Below, in pieces: positions 19,866-29,340 of a DNA stretch of 64,000 nt. This stretch comes from Variovorax paradoxus (GTDB taxonomy: Bacteria > Pseudomonadota > Alphaproteobacteria > Rhodobacterales > Rhodobacteraceae), in assembly GCA_943370085.1 (NCBI GenBank), contig CALRPT020000014.1:20857-84856 (forward strand), written 5' to 3'. Below the pieces are notes generated by a model, which was not told the DNA's origin, ran no database searches, and saw only the letters and a program-made list of their open reading frames with translations. Every line of letters starts with the position of its first letter. Positions within the stretch are counted from its first letter, which is position 1. A program made the position numbers and the translations under genes.

Positions 19866-20489
19866 ATGACACGCATACTCGTACTCTACTATTCCAGCTA
19901 CGGCCACATCCGGACGCTTGCCACCGCTGTCGCCGAAGGCGCCCGGACGGTGCCCGGCGCCCATGTCGACATCCGCCGGATCCCTGAAACCGTCCCCGAA
20001 GAAATCCGCAAAAGCGCGGGCTTCATTGACGATGACACCCGCACAGCAGCACCTGCCGACCTTGAGAACTACGATGGCATCCTCTTCGGCACGCCTACCC
20101 GCTTTGGCCTGATGGCCGGGCAGATGAAACAGTTTCTGGATCAGGCAGGCGGCCTCTGGGCCCGCAACGCACTCGTCGGCAAGGTGGCGGGCGTCTTTGT
20201 CTCGACCGGCTCACAGCATGGCGGGCATGAGGCGACGATGCTGTCGACGCAAATCGCGTTGCAGCACTTCGGCATGCTGATCGCAGGCCTGCCCTACAGC
20301 TTTGCAGGCCAGACCTCCGGCGACCACATCATCGGTGGCGCGCCATACGGCGCCGGCACCATCGCGGGGGCCGAAGGCGACCTGACCCCGAACGCCATCG
20401 AACTGGCCGGCGCGCACTACCTCGGCGCCCATGTCGCAGACGTCGCCGCGCGGCTTGCCGCAGGTGCGTCTCGCCGTGACGCCGCCTGA
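19866..20489 (+). CDS. wrbA: NAD(P)H:quinone oxidoreductase, WrbA type
   Basis: MTRILVLYYSSYGHIRTLA flavodoxin-like N-terminus, 207 aa. Confidence 0.85.
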   Translation: MTRILVLYYSSYGHIRTLATAVAEGARTVPGAHVDIRRIPETVPEEIRKSAGFIDDDTRTAAPADLENYDGILFGTPTRFGLMAGQMKQFLDQAGGLWARNALVGKVAGVFVSTGSQHGGHEATMLSTQIALQHFGMLIAGLPYSFAGQTSGDHIIGGAPYGAGTIAGAEGDLTPNAIELAGAHYLGAHVADVAARLAAGASRRDAA

Positions 20490-20508
20490 TACGAGCGAAG
20501 GCAACATC

Positions 20509-20661
20509 ATGCTGATCTCCCTCCTTCGCGCCTGGCGCGCCCATAACCGCAAAGCGGCGCTCACTGCTTTGGCCAGACAACTGGGCCCCCACCTCGCCCG
20601 CGACATCGGCATCCAAGAGGCGCCACCCCCCCGCTTCGGCGCGATCATCAAACCCTTCTGA
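20509..20661 (+). CDS. DUF1127 small protein (50 aa)
   Basis: MLISLLRAWRAHNRKAALTALARQLGPHLARDIGI matches the arginine-rich ...L..DIG C-terminal pattern of DUF1127. GAAGG lies about 8 nt upstream of the ATG. Confidence 0.6.
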   Translation: MLISLLRAWRAHNRKAALTALARQLGPHLARDIGIQEAPPPRFGAIIKPF

Positions 20662-20676
20662 CGTCGGGACAGAACC

Positions 20677-21549
20677 ATGCAGCGCAGCACCGACATCTTC
20701 CTGACGGCGCTTGCTCCGATCGTCTGGGGCAGCACCTACCTTGTCTCGACAGAAGCCTTGCCGCAGGGCTATCCGCTGACAGTGGCCGCCCTCCGCGCCC
20801 TGCCAGCGGGGCTTTTGCTGCTTGCTCTCACCCGGTCCCTGCCGCCACGCGCGTTTCTGGGCCGGCTGTTCATTCTGGGGGCGCTGAACTTCGCCCTCTT
20901 CTGGGCCCTTCTCTTCGTGGCGGCCTACCGGCTGCCGGGCGGGGCGGCGGCCACCTTGGGGGCCTTGCAAGCCCTCATGGTGATCGGCTTCGCCCGCCTG
21001 TTTCTCGGAACAGCGATCAGGGGCACGGCCGTCCTTGCCGCATCCTTCGGTGTGTTGGGCGTGGGGATGCTCCTGTCGGGGTCAGACACGGCATATGATC
21101 CACTGGGAGTCCTCGCAGCCCTTGGCGGCACCGTGTCGATGGCCGCCGGAACCGTCCTCAGCCGGAAATGGCAGCCGAACGTGCCGGTGCTCACCTTCAC
21201 CGCCTGGCAGTTGACGGCCGGCGGGTTGCTGCTTCTACCCGCCGCCCTGATGGCCGAACCGCCCCTGCCCGCCCTCACGGCCAGCAACCTGCTCGGGCTG
21301 ATCTGGCTCGGCCTGATCGGGGCGGCGGCAACCTATTGGCTCTGGCTGCGCGGCATTGCGCGCCTCGGACCCGGCCCTGTGGCGATCCTCGGAATGCTCA
21401 GCCCGGTGACAGCCGTGCTCCTCGGCTGGCTCTGGCTCGACGAATTCCTGACGGCCACTCAACTCGCTGGGGCGGCCATCGTTTTGGGATCAATCTGGGT
21501 GGGCCAACGCGCCGCACGCCCCGCTAAGGTTTCGCAGGACGTTCCCTGA
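20677..21549 (+). CDS. EamA/DMT family transporter (PecM-like)
   Basis: About 10 TM segments in two EamA repeats. APIVWGSTYLVSTEALP. Confidence 0.8.
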   Translation: MQRSTDIFLTALAPIVWGSTYLVSTEALPQGYPLTVAALRALPAGLLLLALTRSLPPRAFLGRLFILGALNFALFWALLFVAAYRLPGGAAATLGALQALMVIGFARLFLGTAIRGTAVLAASFGVLGVGMLLSGSDTAYDPLGVLAALGGTVSMAAGTVLSRKWQPNVPVLTFTAWQLTAGGLLLLPAALMAEPPLPALTASNLLGLIWLGLIGAAATYWLWLRGIARLGPGPVAILGMLSPVTAVLLGWLWLDEFLTATQLAGAAIVLGSIWVGQRAARPAKVSQDVP

Positions 21550-21738
21550 TCCGCTGCCCGCTGCAGGGCCGCACCGGCGCAGGCGCGTCACGCCCATAGC
21601 GGTCGTCAGGATGCATCCCGAGTCCGTGCAGGCTTTGCGAAACGTTTCGGCCGCATACTCCGTAATGCAAGACGATGGACAGGCCGTGTCTGGCTGAACA
21701 CATTTGAAAACGGCACAGTATGTGCAGGAGGCGGTGCT

Positions 21739-22878
21739 ATGACGAAACATACCGTCCAACCCAGAAAGATTGCTCTGGTTCTGCAAGGTGGCGGGGCCCG
21801 CGGCGCCTATCACGTCGGGGTCATCAAGGCGATTGCCGAGATCACCGGCGCGCGCCGTTCCCCCTTTCAGATCATTTCCGGCTCTTCCGTTGGCGCGATC
21901 AACGCGGCATCCATCGCCATGTCAGCCGTCGATTTCCAAAAGGGATCAGCCGGGCTCGAGTCCCTCTGGCGATCCCTCCGCTGCAGCGCGATCTATGATG
22001 TGCGTCCGGTTCCATTGCTGATGCGAAGTTCAAGATGGGCCATGACCCTGCTGCTCGGGCATATGGGTGCCCGCATGACCGGCGGGTTACTTGACTACCG
22101 GCCCCTGCACGACCTTCTGCAGCGTGAATTCAGCCAAAAACACCTGAGCCGCGCGATTCAGGCCAAGGACTTGCACGCCCTGTGCATCACGGCATCGAGT
22201 TACGGCGCGGGCACGTCAATCACCTTCTTCCAAGGGGACAGGTCCATACAGCCTTGGGCGCGGGCGCGGCGGCGGGGTGAACCTGCACAGATCGAGGCGG
22301 AACACATCCTTGCCTCGGCAGCTCTTCCCTTGGCCTTTGCGCCTGTCCAGTTGAACGGTGACTTCTTCGGGGATGGTGCGCTGCGCTCAACCTCCCCGCT
22401 GTCACCTGCAATCCGCACCGGCGCGGATAAAGTGCTCGTCATCGCCACGCGCGACGGATTTCTGGATTCAAGGAAAAACCTTCGCCCCGCGGCAAGCCCC
22501 AGCATCGGCGAAATACTGGGGCATGCGCTGGACATTCTGTTCAACGACAATCTCGAGGCAGATGTAGAGCGGACAGAACGCATCAACCAAACGATTTCCC
22601 TGCTCACCCCAGAGGCCAGACAGCAAACACCCCTCCGGATCATCGACGCGAAGGCGGTATCCCCCTCCAAAGACCTGCGCGATATTGCAAAGCTTCATGC
22701 GCATGAGCTTCCGCGCTCCATGCGCATGCTCATGCGCAGCATCGGATATTCCGGCAGCGACGCGCGGATAGAAAGCTATCTGATGTTCGAACCCGGCTAT
22801 GTCGGTTCCCTGATTGATCTCGGCTATGCCGATACACTGGCCGATGCCGCCGCGATCGAGGCGTTTCTCAAGGACTGA
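21739..22878 (+). CDS. Patatin-like phospholipase family protein
   Basis: Oxyanion motif LVLQGGGARGAYHVGV and nucleophile motif GSSVGA. A DG dyad occurs later (FFGDGALR). Confidence 0.85.
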   Translation: MTKHTVQPRKIALVLQGGGARGAYHVGVIKAIAEITGARRSPFQIISGSSVGAINAASIAMSAVDFQKGSAGLESLWRSLRCSAIYDVRPVPLLMRSSRWAMTLLLGHMGARMTGGLLDYRPLHDLLQREFSQKHLSRAIQAKDLHALCITASSYGAGTSITFFQGDRSIQPWARARRRGEPAQIEAEHILASAALPLAFAPVQLNGDFFGDGALRSTSPLSPAIRTGADKVLVIATRDGFLDSRKNLRPAASPSIGEILGHALDILFNDNLEADVERTERINQTISLLTPEARQQTPLRIIDAKAVSPSKDLRDIAKLHAHELPRSMRMLMRSIGYSGSDARIESYLMFEPGYVGSLIDLGYADTLADAAAIEAFLKD

Positions 22879-22939
22879 CGCCCGTCTCCCACGTAATCAT
22901 AAATCCGTTCCGGCGCGGATGCGCGAACAGGCCCCGATC

Positions 22940-24010
22940 TCAGGCCTGTGGCGGGATCAAGACGAAATTGCCGACATGTGATTTCTGCAAGAACACCTGC
23001 TGCGCAGCCGCGATCTCCTCAAGCGGATAGGTCATGGCCAGAAGCGGGCGGATTTCGCCCCGCTCGATATAGGAAATCAGGTTGGGGAAAACCGGCTCAT
23101 CCCATCCCGTGCAGCCGATCAGGGTCAGGTCCTTCAGATAGAACACCCGCATGTCCAGCTCCACAACCGGGCCGCTGATCGCCCCGGACGAGACGTATTT
23201 GCCGCCGCGCTTCAGCACATCCAGCATCGCGCCAAATCCCGGCCCCGCAACGTTATCAACCGCAACATCCACGACCTCCCCGCCAAGTGCGTCGGCCAGA
23301 GGCACCCCGCGTTCGATGATCTCATCCGCCCCCGCCCGGCGCACATCACCCGCCTTCGCCGCGGTGGTCATCCCGATCACATGCGCCCCGCGCCGCTTGG
23401 CCAATTGAACGGCAGCCGATCCGACACCCCCCGAAGCACCCGCCACAAGAACACGCATCCCGGCGCGGACACCGGCCCGGTGGATCATGTTTTCCGCCGT
23501 GCCATAGGCGCAAGGCAGCGTGGCAAGCTCCGCATCGCTCCAGTCGCAATCCACCGGAAACACCTCCAGCGCCGGAACCTTCACGAACTGGGCAAAGGCG
23601 CCGTCAAAATCCGACCCCATCCAGATGTTCTCGGGCGAGGAAAACCCGTAGGGCCGCATGCAGGCACGGACTAGAACGCGCCTTCCAAGAAGGTGGCGGT
23701 TTTCCCTGTTACCAACCTCGATCACGATCCCGCAGCAATCCGTCCCCTGAATAAAAGGAAACGGCGTCGCCGCGTTCCAGCCCCCATCGGCCTTTTGGGT
23801 CGGGGCTATCTGCTCGGCCTCAGCCGCGTCCTGCGTGCCTTTCCTGACCGAGGATGAATACCAGCCAAGCCGCGTGTTGATCTCGGTGTTGTTCATGCCT
23901 GCGGCACGCACCTGAACAAGCACCTCGGTCTCCCCCGGCACCGGGCGCGCAACATCGCAATAGACAAGCTGATCATAGCCGCCATTGCCCGTCGTCACGA
24001 TGGCCTTCAT
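22940..24010 (-). CDS. MDR superfamily zinc-type alcohol dehydrogenase / quinone oxidoreductase
   Basis: MKAIVTTGNGGYDQL...VLVAGASGGVGSAAVQLAK. Start trimmed to the ATG at 24010. Confidence 0.8.
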   Translation of the reverse strand: MKAIVTTGNGGYDQLVYCDVARPVPGETEVLVQVRAAGMNNTEINTRLGWYSSSVRKGTQDAAEAEQIAPTQKADGGWNAATPFPFIQGTDCCGIVIEVGNRENRHLLGRRVLVRACMRPYGFSSPENIWMGSDFDGAFAQFVKVPALEVFPVDCDWSDAELATLPCAYGTAENMIHRAGVRAGMRVLVAGASGGVGSAAVQLAKRRGAHVIGMTTAAKAGDVRRAGADEIIERGVPLADALGGEVVDVAVDNVAGPGFGAMLDVLKRGGKYVSSGAISGPVVELDMRVFYLKDLTLIGCTGWDEPVFPNLISYIERGEIRPLLAMTYPLEEIAAAQQVFLQKSHVGNFVLIPPQA

Positions 24011-24106
24011 AGTCGGCTGGCCGCGCGCTGGAGCAAGACGGCCAAGGGCATTGACGCTCATCTTCTTTTCCCCATTGGATTGCCTTCCCCGCCTCGGCCC
24101 GCCCCC

Positions 24107-26518
24107 CTAGGCCCTTTGCCGCGCGTTGGTGGGGTCCCATGCCGGGGCCTCCAGCACCGCAAAGCCGCGCCTTTCGCCAAGGATCACCACTTCAAGGCCC
24201 TCATCAGCGCCGGGCTCGACATAGGCGAAGGTCAGGCTCTTGCCCGTCGCATGGCCAAACCCGCCCGAGGTGCAGACACCCACCACGCGCCCCCCCTGCA
24301 TCACCGCCTCACCGCCGTATATGTCGCAATCGGTGGCGGCAACTTCGCCATAGACCAGCCGTGTCGTGATCCCCGCCGCCTGCACGGCAAGGGTCGCGGC
24401 GCGGCCCCGGAAATCGCCCTTGTCCGGGGCGAAGAACCGGGTGCAATCCGCCTCGACCAAGGTGATCTCATTCGTCAGTTCCGATCCATATCCGCGATAG
24501 CCCTTCTCCATCCGCAGCGCATTGACCGCCTGCACGCCGAAATCGGCAATGCCATGCGCCTCGCCCGCAGCCCAGATCGCGGCATAAAGTCGGGCAAGCT
24601 CGGCCATGGGCGCATGGATTTCCCATCCCAACTCGCCCACATAGGTCACCCGCAGCGCGCGCACCGGGATGCCTGCAAGGGTGATGTCCTGTGCCGACAG
24701 CCAGCGGAAGGCGGCGTTCGACAGATCGGCATCGGTCAGCCCCGCCAGCACGTCGCGCGACTTCGGCCCCGCAACGACCAGCATGCCGAAAGCGTCGGTG
24801 ACATTGCGCACTGTCACATCCGCACCCGCGCCCGCGTCCAGATCGTCGCGCGCCTGCACCTCGGCCCCGGCACCGGTCAGGATATAGAACCGCTCCGGCC
24901 CAAGGCGGGTGATCGTCCATTCCCCGATGATGCGCCCCTTGTCCGACAGCACCTGCGTCAGCCCGATCCCCCCCGGCTTTTTCGGCAGGCGGTTCGCGGT
25001 CATCCGGTCCAGCATCGCCTCTGCCCCCGGACCGGTCACGTCGAACTTGGCAAAGCTGGACAGGTCCATGATCCCCACCCGTTCGCGCACGGCGCGGCAT
25101 TCGGCGGCGACCAGATCAAAGGTGTTGGTCCGCCGGAACTGCAGCTTTTCGACAAAGCCCGCAGGGGCGAAATACTTGGGCCGCTCCCAGCCATGCACCT
25201 CGGTCATCACCGCGCCCTCGGACAGCAGCACCTGATGAAGCGGCGTCACGCGACTGGGGCGGCCGGCCTGCACCTCGCGCCCCGGCAAAGGGGTTTCGAA
25301 CATGTTATGGTAATCGTCAAAGCTCTTGGCGCGCGTGTAGGCCTGATCGGCATAGCCGCCAAAGCGGCGCGGATCGACCGATGCCATGTTGATCTCGGCA
25401 TCGCCATGGATCATCCATTGCGCCAGAAACTTGCCGCAGCCCGCCCCCTGCGCGATACCGATGGACGATCCGCAGCACTGCCACGCATTCGCCACCCCCG
25501 GCATCGGCCCGACCAGCGGGTTGCCGTCGGGCGTATGCGGGATGGCCCCGTTGATGATGCGCTTGATCCCGGCACGCGCAAAGATCGGCATCCGCTCCAG
25601 CGCCTTTTCCAGCCAAGGGGTAATCCGGTCCAGATCACCCTCGAACAGCTCATTCTCGCTCGCCCAGTCGGGACGGCCGCCGCGATCACCCCAAGCCTCG
25701 CGCGCGCCAACATGTTCATAAATGCCGATCAGACCCGCCTTCTGTTCCTGCCGATAATACCCCGCCGTCGCCGGGTCGCGCATGACGGGCAATTCAACGG
25801 CGCTGTCCTTGAACTCGGGCAGCGGTTCGGTCACCAGATACTGGTGTTCCATATTGGTGATCGGCGTATCCACGCCCAGCCACTTTCCCACCTCACGCGC
25901 ATAGCATCCGGCAGCATTGACGACATGCTGACAGGTGACAACGCCCTGTTCCGTCTCCACGCGGAACTCGCCCGACGGCAGGCGCGTGATCCCGGTCACC
26001 CGGGTATGGCGCTGGATCGTGGCCCCCATCGCCCGCGCACCCGCCGCCATGGAATTGCACGCGCTCGATGGGTCCACATGCCCATCCAGCGTGGTATGCG
26101 CCCCCGCAAGGATGCCATCGGTCCGCAGCCATGGGTTCAACTCGCGAATACGCTCGGGGCCGATGATTTCCATCGCAAAGCCCACATTGGCGGCAAAGCC
26201 CTGCACGTGGCGGAACCAGTCCACCTCCTCGGGCGTGGTGGCCAGACGGATGCCGCCACAGCCATGCCACCCGGTCGGATGGCCGGTCAGCGCCTCCAAC
26301 CTTGGATACAGCGTGTTGCCGTAATGGTGGATCTTGGCCATGTTGTAATTGCCGATGAACGACGGGCATTGGCCCGCGGCATGCCAGGTTGACCCGCTGG
26401 TCAACTCGCCCTTCTCAATCAAGAGAACATCGCGCCAACCCGCCTCGGCCAGATGATAGGCCAACCCCACCCCCATCATCCCGCCGCCGATGATGACCAC
26501 TTTCGCATGACTTTGCAT
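24107..26518 (-). CDS. Dimethylglycine/sarcosine dehydrogenase-like enzyme (FAD DAO domain plus GcvT folate-binding domain)
   Basis: MQSHAKVVIIGGGMMGVGLAYHLA...STWHAAGQ, followed by an aminomethyltransferase-like C-terminal half. 803 aa. GGGAGG RBS upstream of the ATG at 26518. Confidence 0.85.
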   Translation of the reverse strand: MQSHAKVVIIGGGMMGVGLAYHLAEAGWRDVLLIEKGELTSGSTWHAAGQCPSFIGNYNMAKIHHYGNTLYPRLEALTGHPTGWHGCGGIRLATTPEEVDWFRHVQGFAANVGFAMEIIGPERIRELNPWLRTDGILAGAHTTLDGHVDPSSACNSMAAGARAMGATIQRHTRVTGITRLPSGEFRVETEQGVVTCQHVVNAAGCYAREVGKWLGVDTPITNMEHQYLVTEPLPEFKDSAVELPVMRDPATAGYYRQEQKAGLIGIYEHVGAREAWGDRGGRPDWASENELFEGDLDRITPWLEKALERMPIFARAGIKRIINGAIPHTPDGNPLVGPMPGVANAWQCCGSSIGIAQGAGCGKFLAQWMIHGDAEINMASVDPRRFGGYADQAYTRAKSFDDYHNMFETPLPGREVQAGRPSRVTPLHQVLLSEGAVMTEVHGWERPKYFAPAGFVEKLQFRRTNTFDLVAAECRAVRERVGIMDLSSFAKFDVTGPGAEAMLDRMTANRLPKKPGGIGLTQVLSDKGRIIGEWTITRLGPERFYILTGAGAEVQARDDLDAGAGADVTVRNVTDAFGMLVVAGPKSRDVLAGLTDADLSNAAFRWLSAQDITLAGIPVRALRVTYVGELGWEIHAPMAELARLYAAIWAAGEAHGIADFGVQAVNALRMEKGYRGYGSELTNEITLVEADCTRFFAPDKGDFRGRAATLAVQAAGITTRLVYGEVAATDCDIYGGEAVMQGGRVVGVCTSGGFGHATGKSLTFAYVEPGADEGLEVVILGERRGFAVLEAPAWDPTNARQRA

Positions 26519-26529
26519 GACCAACCTCC

Positions 26530-28077
26530 CTACCAGACGCCGTTTCCGGCCTGCATCCGTTCGCGCGGAAGGATGATATTGTAACTGCCCCGGATCGCAG
26601 CATCGACATCGGCGCCGATATGGCGCGGGTAATGCTCGGCCAATATCTTGCGCACCCGGTCGCGCGCCACGGCGCGCGTGTCCCGCGCCCCGGCATCCTG
26701 CCATTCGCTGATGCTGCGGCGATCGGAAATCTCGGGATAGACATAGTCGGTCTTCATCCGGGCAAAGGTTTGCGCATGGCCCAGATAATGGCCCACCCCC
26801 ATCACCGTGTCGCGGATCACCTCAAAGTTCAGCGTATCCGGCGTGACCTCGATCCCCTTCACCGTCCGCAGGATCGCGCCCAGCAGATCATTGTCGATCA
26901 CATAGCCCTCGAAACTGGTCCCCATCAGCGACCCCTGCATCCCGGCACATTCATGGATCATCGTGGCCCCGGCCTGCGCCGCCAGCGATACGGTATACCC
27001 CTTCTCCCCGCCACTTTGCGCATCGGGCAGCTTGCTGTCGGTCATGCCCGCAGGAACCGAATTTGGCAGATCGTAGAAATTCGCCATCTGCGCGCAGGCC
27101 GCCGACAACAGCGCCTGTTCACCCGACCCGCCCGACATCGCCCCCGTCCGCAGGTCCGAAACAAAGGGCCAGGCGGCAAAGATGCCCCGGCAGTCCGGGT
27201 CGATGATGTGGCACAGAACCAGCCCCGCCAGCACCTCGGCACAGGCCTGCGCCACAGCGCCTGCCAGCGCGGCAGGGGCCGTGGCCCCCGCCTGCCCCGC
27301 CGACACCAGCAGGATCGGCATGCCCGCCAGAACCGCCGCCTCCAGCGCATCGCAGCTTTCCGTGGCAAAGCGCATCGGCGGCACGACATGGCAACAGACA
27401 GCGGTGCAGAACGGCCGCGCGCGGTGCTTGCCCTCGCCCCCCGCAACAGCATCCAGCATCGGCTGCACCGCACGAACCGACGCGCTGTCGGTATAGCTCA
27501 CCGCAATGGATTTTGTGGTCCCCGCAAGGCAGGCATAGGTGGTGTTCATATCCAGATCGAGGATACTTGTCGCATCCCGCGCCACGATCGACCGATGATA
27601 CCAGTGGATATTGTCCAGCCGGTCCACCAGACGGGCAATGTCATACAGATCCGCCACCGTGCTTTCGCGGTAGCGGCCGGTGTCGAAATCCATGATCGTC
27701 GGCGCCGCCCCACCGGTGCCGGTATGCACCCGCCGCCCGCCAATCTCGATATCATGCAGCGGGTCGATGCCGTGCAGCGTAAAGCTGCGGCGCGCGCGCG
27801 CGATCACGTCTTCCACCAGCCCACGGGGAAAGCGCAGCCGCCCGTTGCCATCCACCCTGCACCCCGCCGCAACCGCCCGCGCTTCAAGGCTGGGGGTCAG
27901 TTGCGACAGACCAAGGTCTTCAAGCAGGGTCAGAACCAAGTCGTGGATCTGCAAGATCTCGGCATCGGTCAACGGCTTGTAACGCCCCCCAACCATACCT
28001 GCAGGCACGGGCGATGGCGGCACATCCGCCTCGATACGGTTGCGACGACCCGCACGGCGCGGCGAAACTTCGGACAT
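26530..28077 (-). CDS. MttB (trimethylamine methyltransferase) superfamily protein, non-pyrrolysine type
   Basis: 515 aa, uninterrupted, with no in-frame amber codon. The MttB-like sequence runs across the full length by eye (LTDAEILQIHDLVLTLLEDLG..., ...DYVYPEISDR...). Confidence 0.8.
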   Translation of the reverse strand: MSEVSPRRAGRRNRIEADVPPSPVPAGMVGGRYKPLTDAEILQIHDLVLTLLEDLGLSQLTPSLEARAVAAGCRVDGNGRLRFPRGLVEDVIARARRSFTLHGIDPLHDIEIGGRRVHTGTGGAAPTIMDFDTGRYRESTVADLYDIARLVDRLDNIHWYHRSIVARDATSILDLDMNTTYACLAGTTKSIAVSYTDSASVRAVQPMLDAVAGGEGKHRARPFCTAVCCHVVPPMRFATESCDALEAAVLAGMPILLVSAGQAGATAPAALAGAVAQACAEVLAGLVLCHIIDPDCRGIFAAWPFVSDLRTGAMSGGSGEQALLSAACAQMANFYDLPNSVPAGMTDSKLPDAQSGGEKGYTVSLAAQAGATMIHECAGMQGSLMGTSFEGYVIDNDLLGAILRTVKGIEVTPDTLNFEVIRDTVMGVGHYLGHAQTFARMKTDYVYPEISDRRSISEWQDAGARDTRAVARDRVRKILAEHYPRHIGADVDAAIRGSYNIILPRERMQAGNGVW

Positions 28078-28139
28078 GGCGGCCCCTCAGAACGCGGTTT
28101 GGCCCCAGAAGGCACGCAATCCACGCGCCTTTCAAACGA

Positions 28140-29090
28140 TCATTCCGAATGGGTCGCATTCCCCGATGTAATGCCAGAACCGCCCTGTCCCGCCGCCTCT
28201 GCGGCAATCCAGTCTTGAAACGCTGCAATACCCGCGCTTTTGCCAGAGCTTCCGGATGTGCACAGGTAATACCCCTCGCGCGTCTCCATCACCCTGTTCA
28301 CCGGGCAGACCAGCCGCCCCTCGGCCAACAGCGGATCGGTGATATAGCTCCAGCCCAAAGCCACGCCCTGGCCCGCCTCGGCGGCCTGCAACACCATCGG
28401 GTATGAGTTGAACCGCAGCCCCCGCCGCACCGGCTGGCCGTTCACCCCCTGCCACAACAGCCAGGTGCGCCAATCCACCCCCCCGAAGGAAGGCTTGCCA
28501 TATTCAAGGTGCAACAGCGTCTGATCCAGCAGATCATCGGGCCGATGCAGCGCCGGATGCGCGCGCAGATAGGCGGGGCTGCACACCGGATAGACCCGCT
28601 CCCCGAACAACAGCCGTGCCTCCAACCCCTCCCATTGCCCCCCTCCGAACAGCACGGCCACATCCACCTCGCCCGTTCCCGGCAAGACGGGCTGATCCGT
28701 GGCCAGCACCCGCAAATCAACATCCGGCTGCAACGCGCCAAAGCGTTCCAGCCGGGGCATCAGCCAGAACCATGTGAAGGCAACGGATGCACTGACCGTG
28801 ATCTGCGGTGCCTTCGCCCGCGCGCCCAAGGCCGCAAGGCAGGCGCTGATGTCATCCAGCCCTCTGGTGACCGCTTCGAACAGCCGCTCCCCCTCGGCCG
28901 TCAGCTCGATCGCGCGATGCAGGCGGTGAAACAACGGCAGGCCCAGCGCTTCCTCAAGCGCCTTGATCTGTCGGCTGACCGCGCTCTGCGTCAGGCACAA
29001 CTCATCAGCCGCAAGCGTAAAGCTGCGACGGCGCGCAACGGCCTCAAAGGTCTGAAACAGGTCCAGAGCGGGCAGGCGGTACTTGCTCAA
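28140..29090 (-). CDS. LysR family transcriptional regulator (GcvA-like)
   Basis: LPALDLFQTFEAVARRRSFTLAADELCLTQSAVSRQIKALEEALG. Confidence 0.85.
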   Translation of the reverse strand: MSKYRLPALDLFQTFEAVARRRSFTLAADELCLTQSAVSRQIKALEEALGLPLFHRLHRAIELTAEGERLFEAVTRGLDDISACLAALGARAKAPQITVSASVAFTWFWLMPRLERFGALQPDVDLRVLATDQPVLPGTGEVDVAVLFGGGQWEGLEARLLFGERVYPVCSPAYLRAHPALHRPDDLLDQTLLHLEYGKPSFGGVDWRTWLLWQGVNGQPVRRGLRFNSYPMVLQAAEAGQGVALGWSYITDPLLAEGRLVCPVNRVMETREGYYLCTSGSSGKSAGIAAFQDWIAAEAAGQGGSGITSGNATHSE

Positions 29091-29340
29091 TCATATCCCC
29101 TTGCGTTTGACAGGCGACCAAAGCCGCCACGTCCCCTGCCCATGAAAAACGGTCTAGCAGAGCATGGCCCTCTGGCAAGCCGCCATACGGAAGGGGCGCC
29201 GCTGCCAGCCGCAATGTCGATGTCACAAGCGCATCGCGATGACCGACCTGGTCACGTGGGCAACCCTCCTCATCGACTGTTCTTTCCTGCCCTCGTATCT
29301 GTATACTCCGCCTCCGGTTCAGGCGTTGTTCGGATGGCTC

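Noticed and set aside
21490-21813. A cysteine-rich 107-aa minus-strand ORF (CTYCAVFKCVQPDTACPSSC...) between the EamA and patatin genes, considered as a possible small secreted or RiPP-like peptide.
   Set aside because: Its only possible starts lie inside the patatin coding region or its start codon. No start codon exists within the intergenic part. It also overlaps the 3' end of the EamA gene, and its third-position GC is below the genome norm.
21739-22878. The patatin-like phospholipase as a CBASS or other defence effector.
   Set aside because: No cyclase, sensor, or other defence-associated gene is adjacent. The neighbours are housekeeping-type genes (EamA, WrbA, an MDR dehydrogenase).
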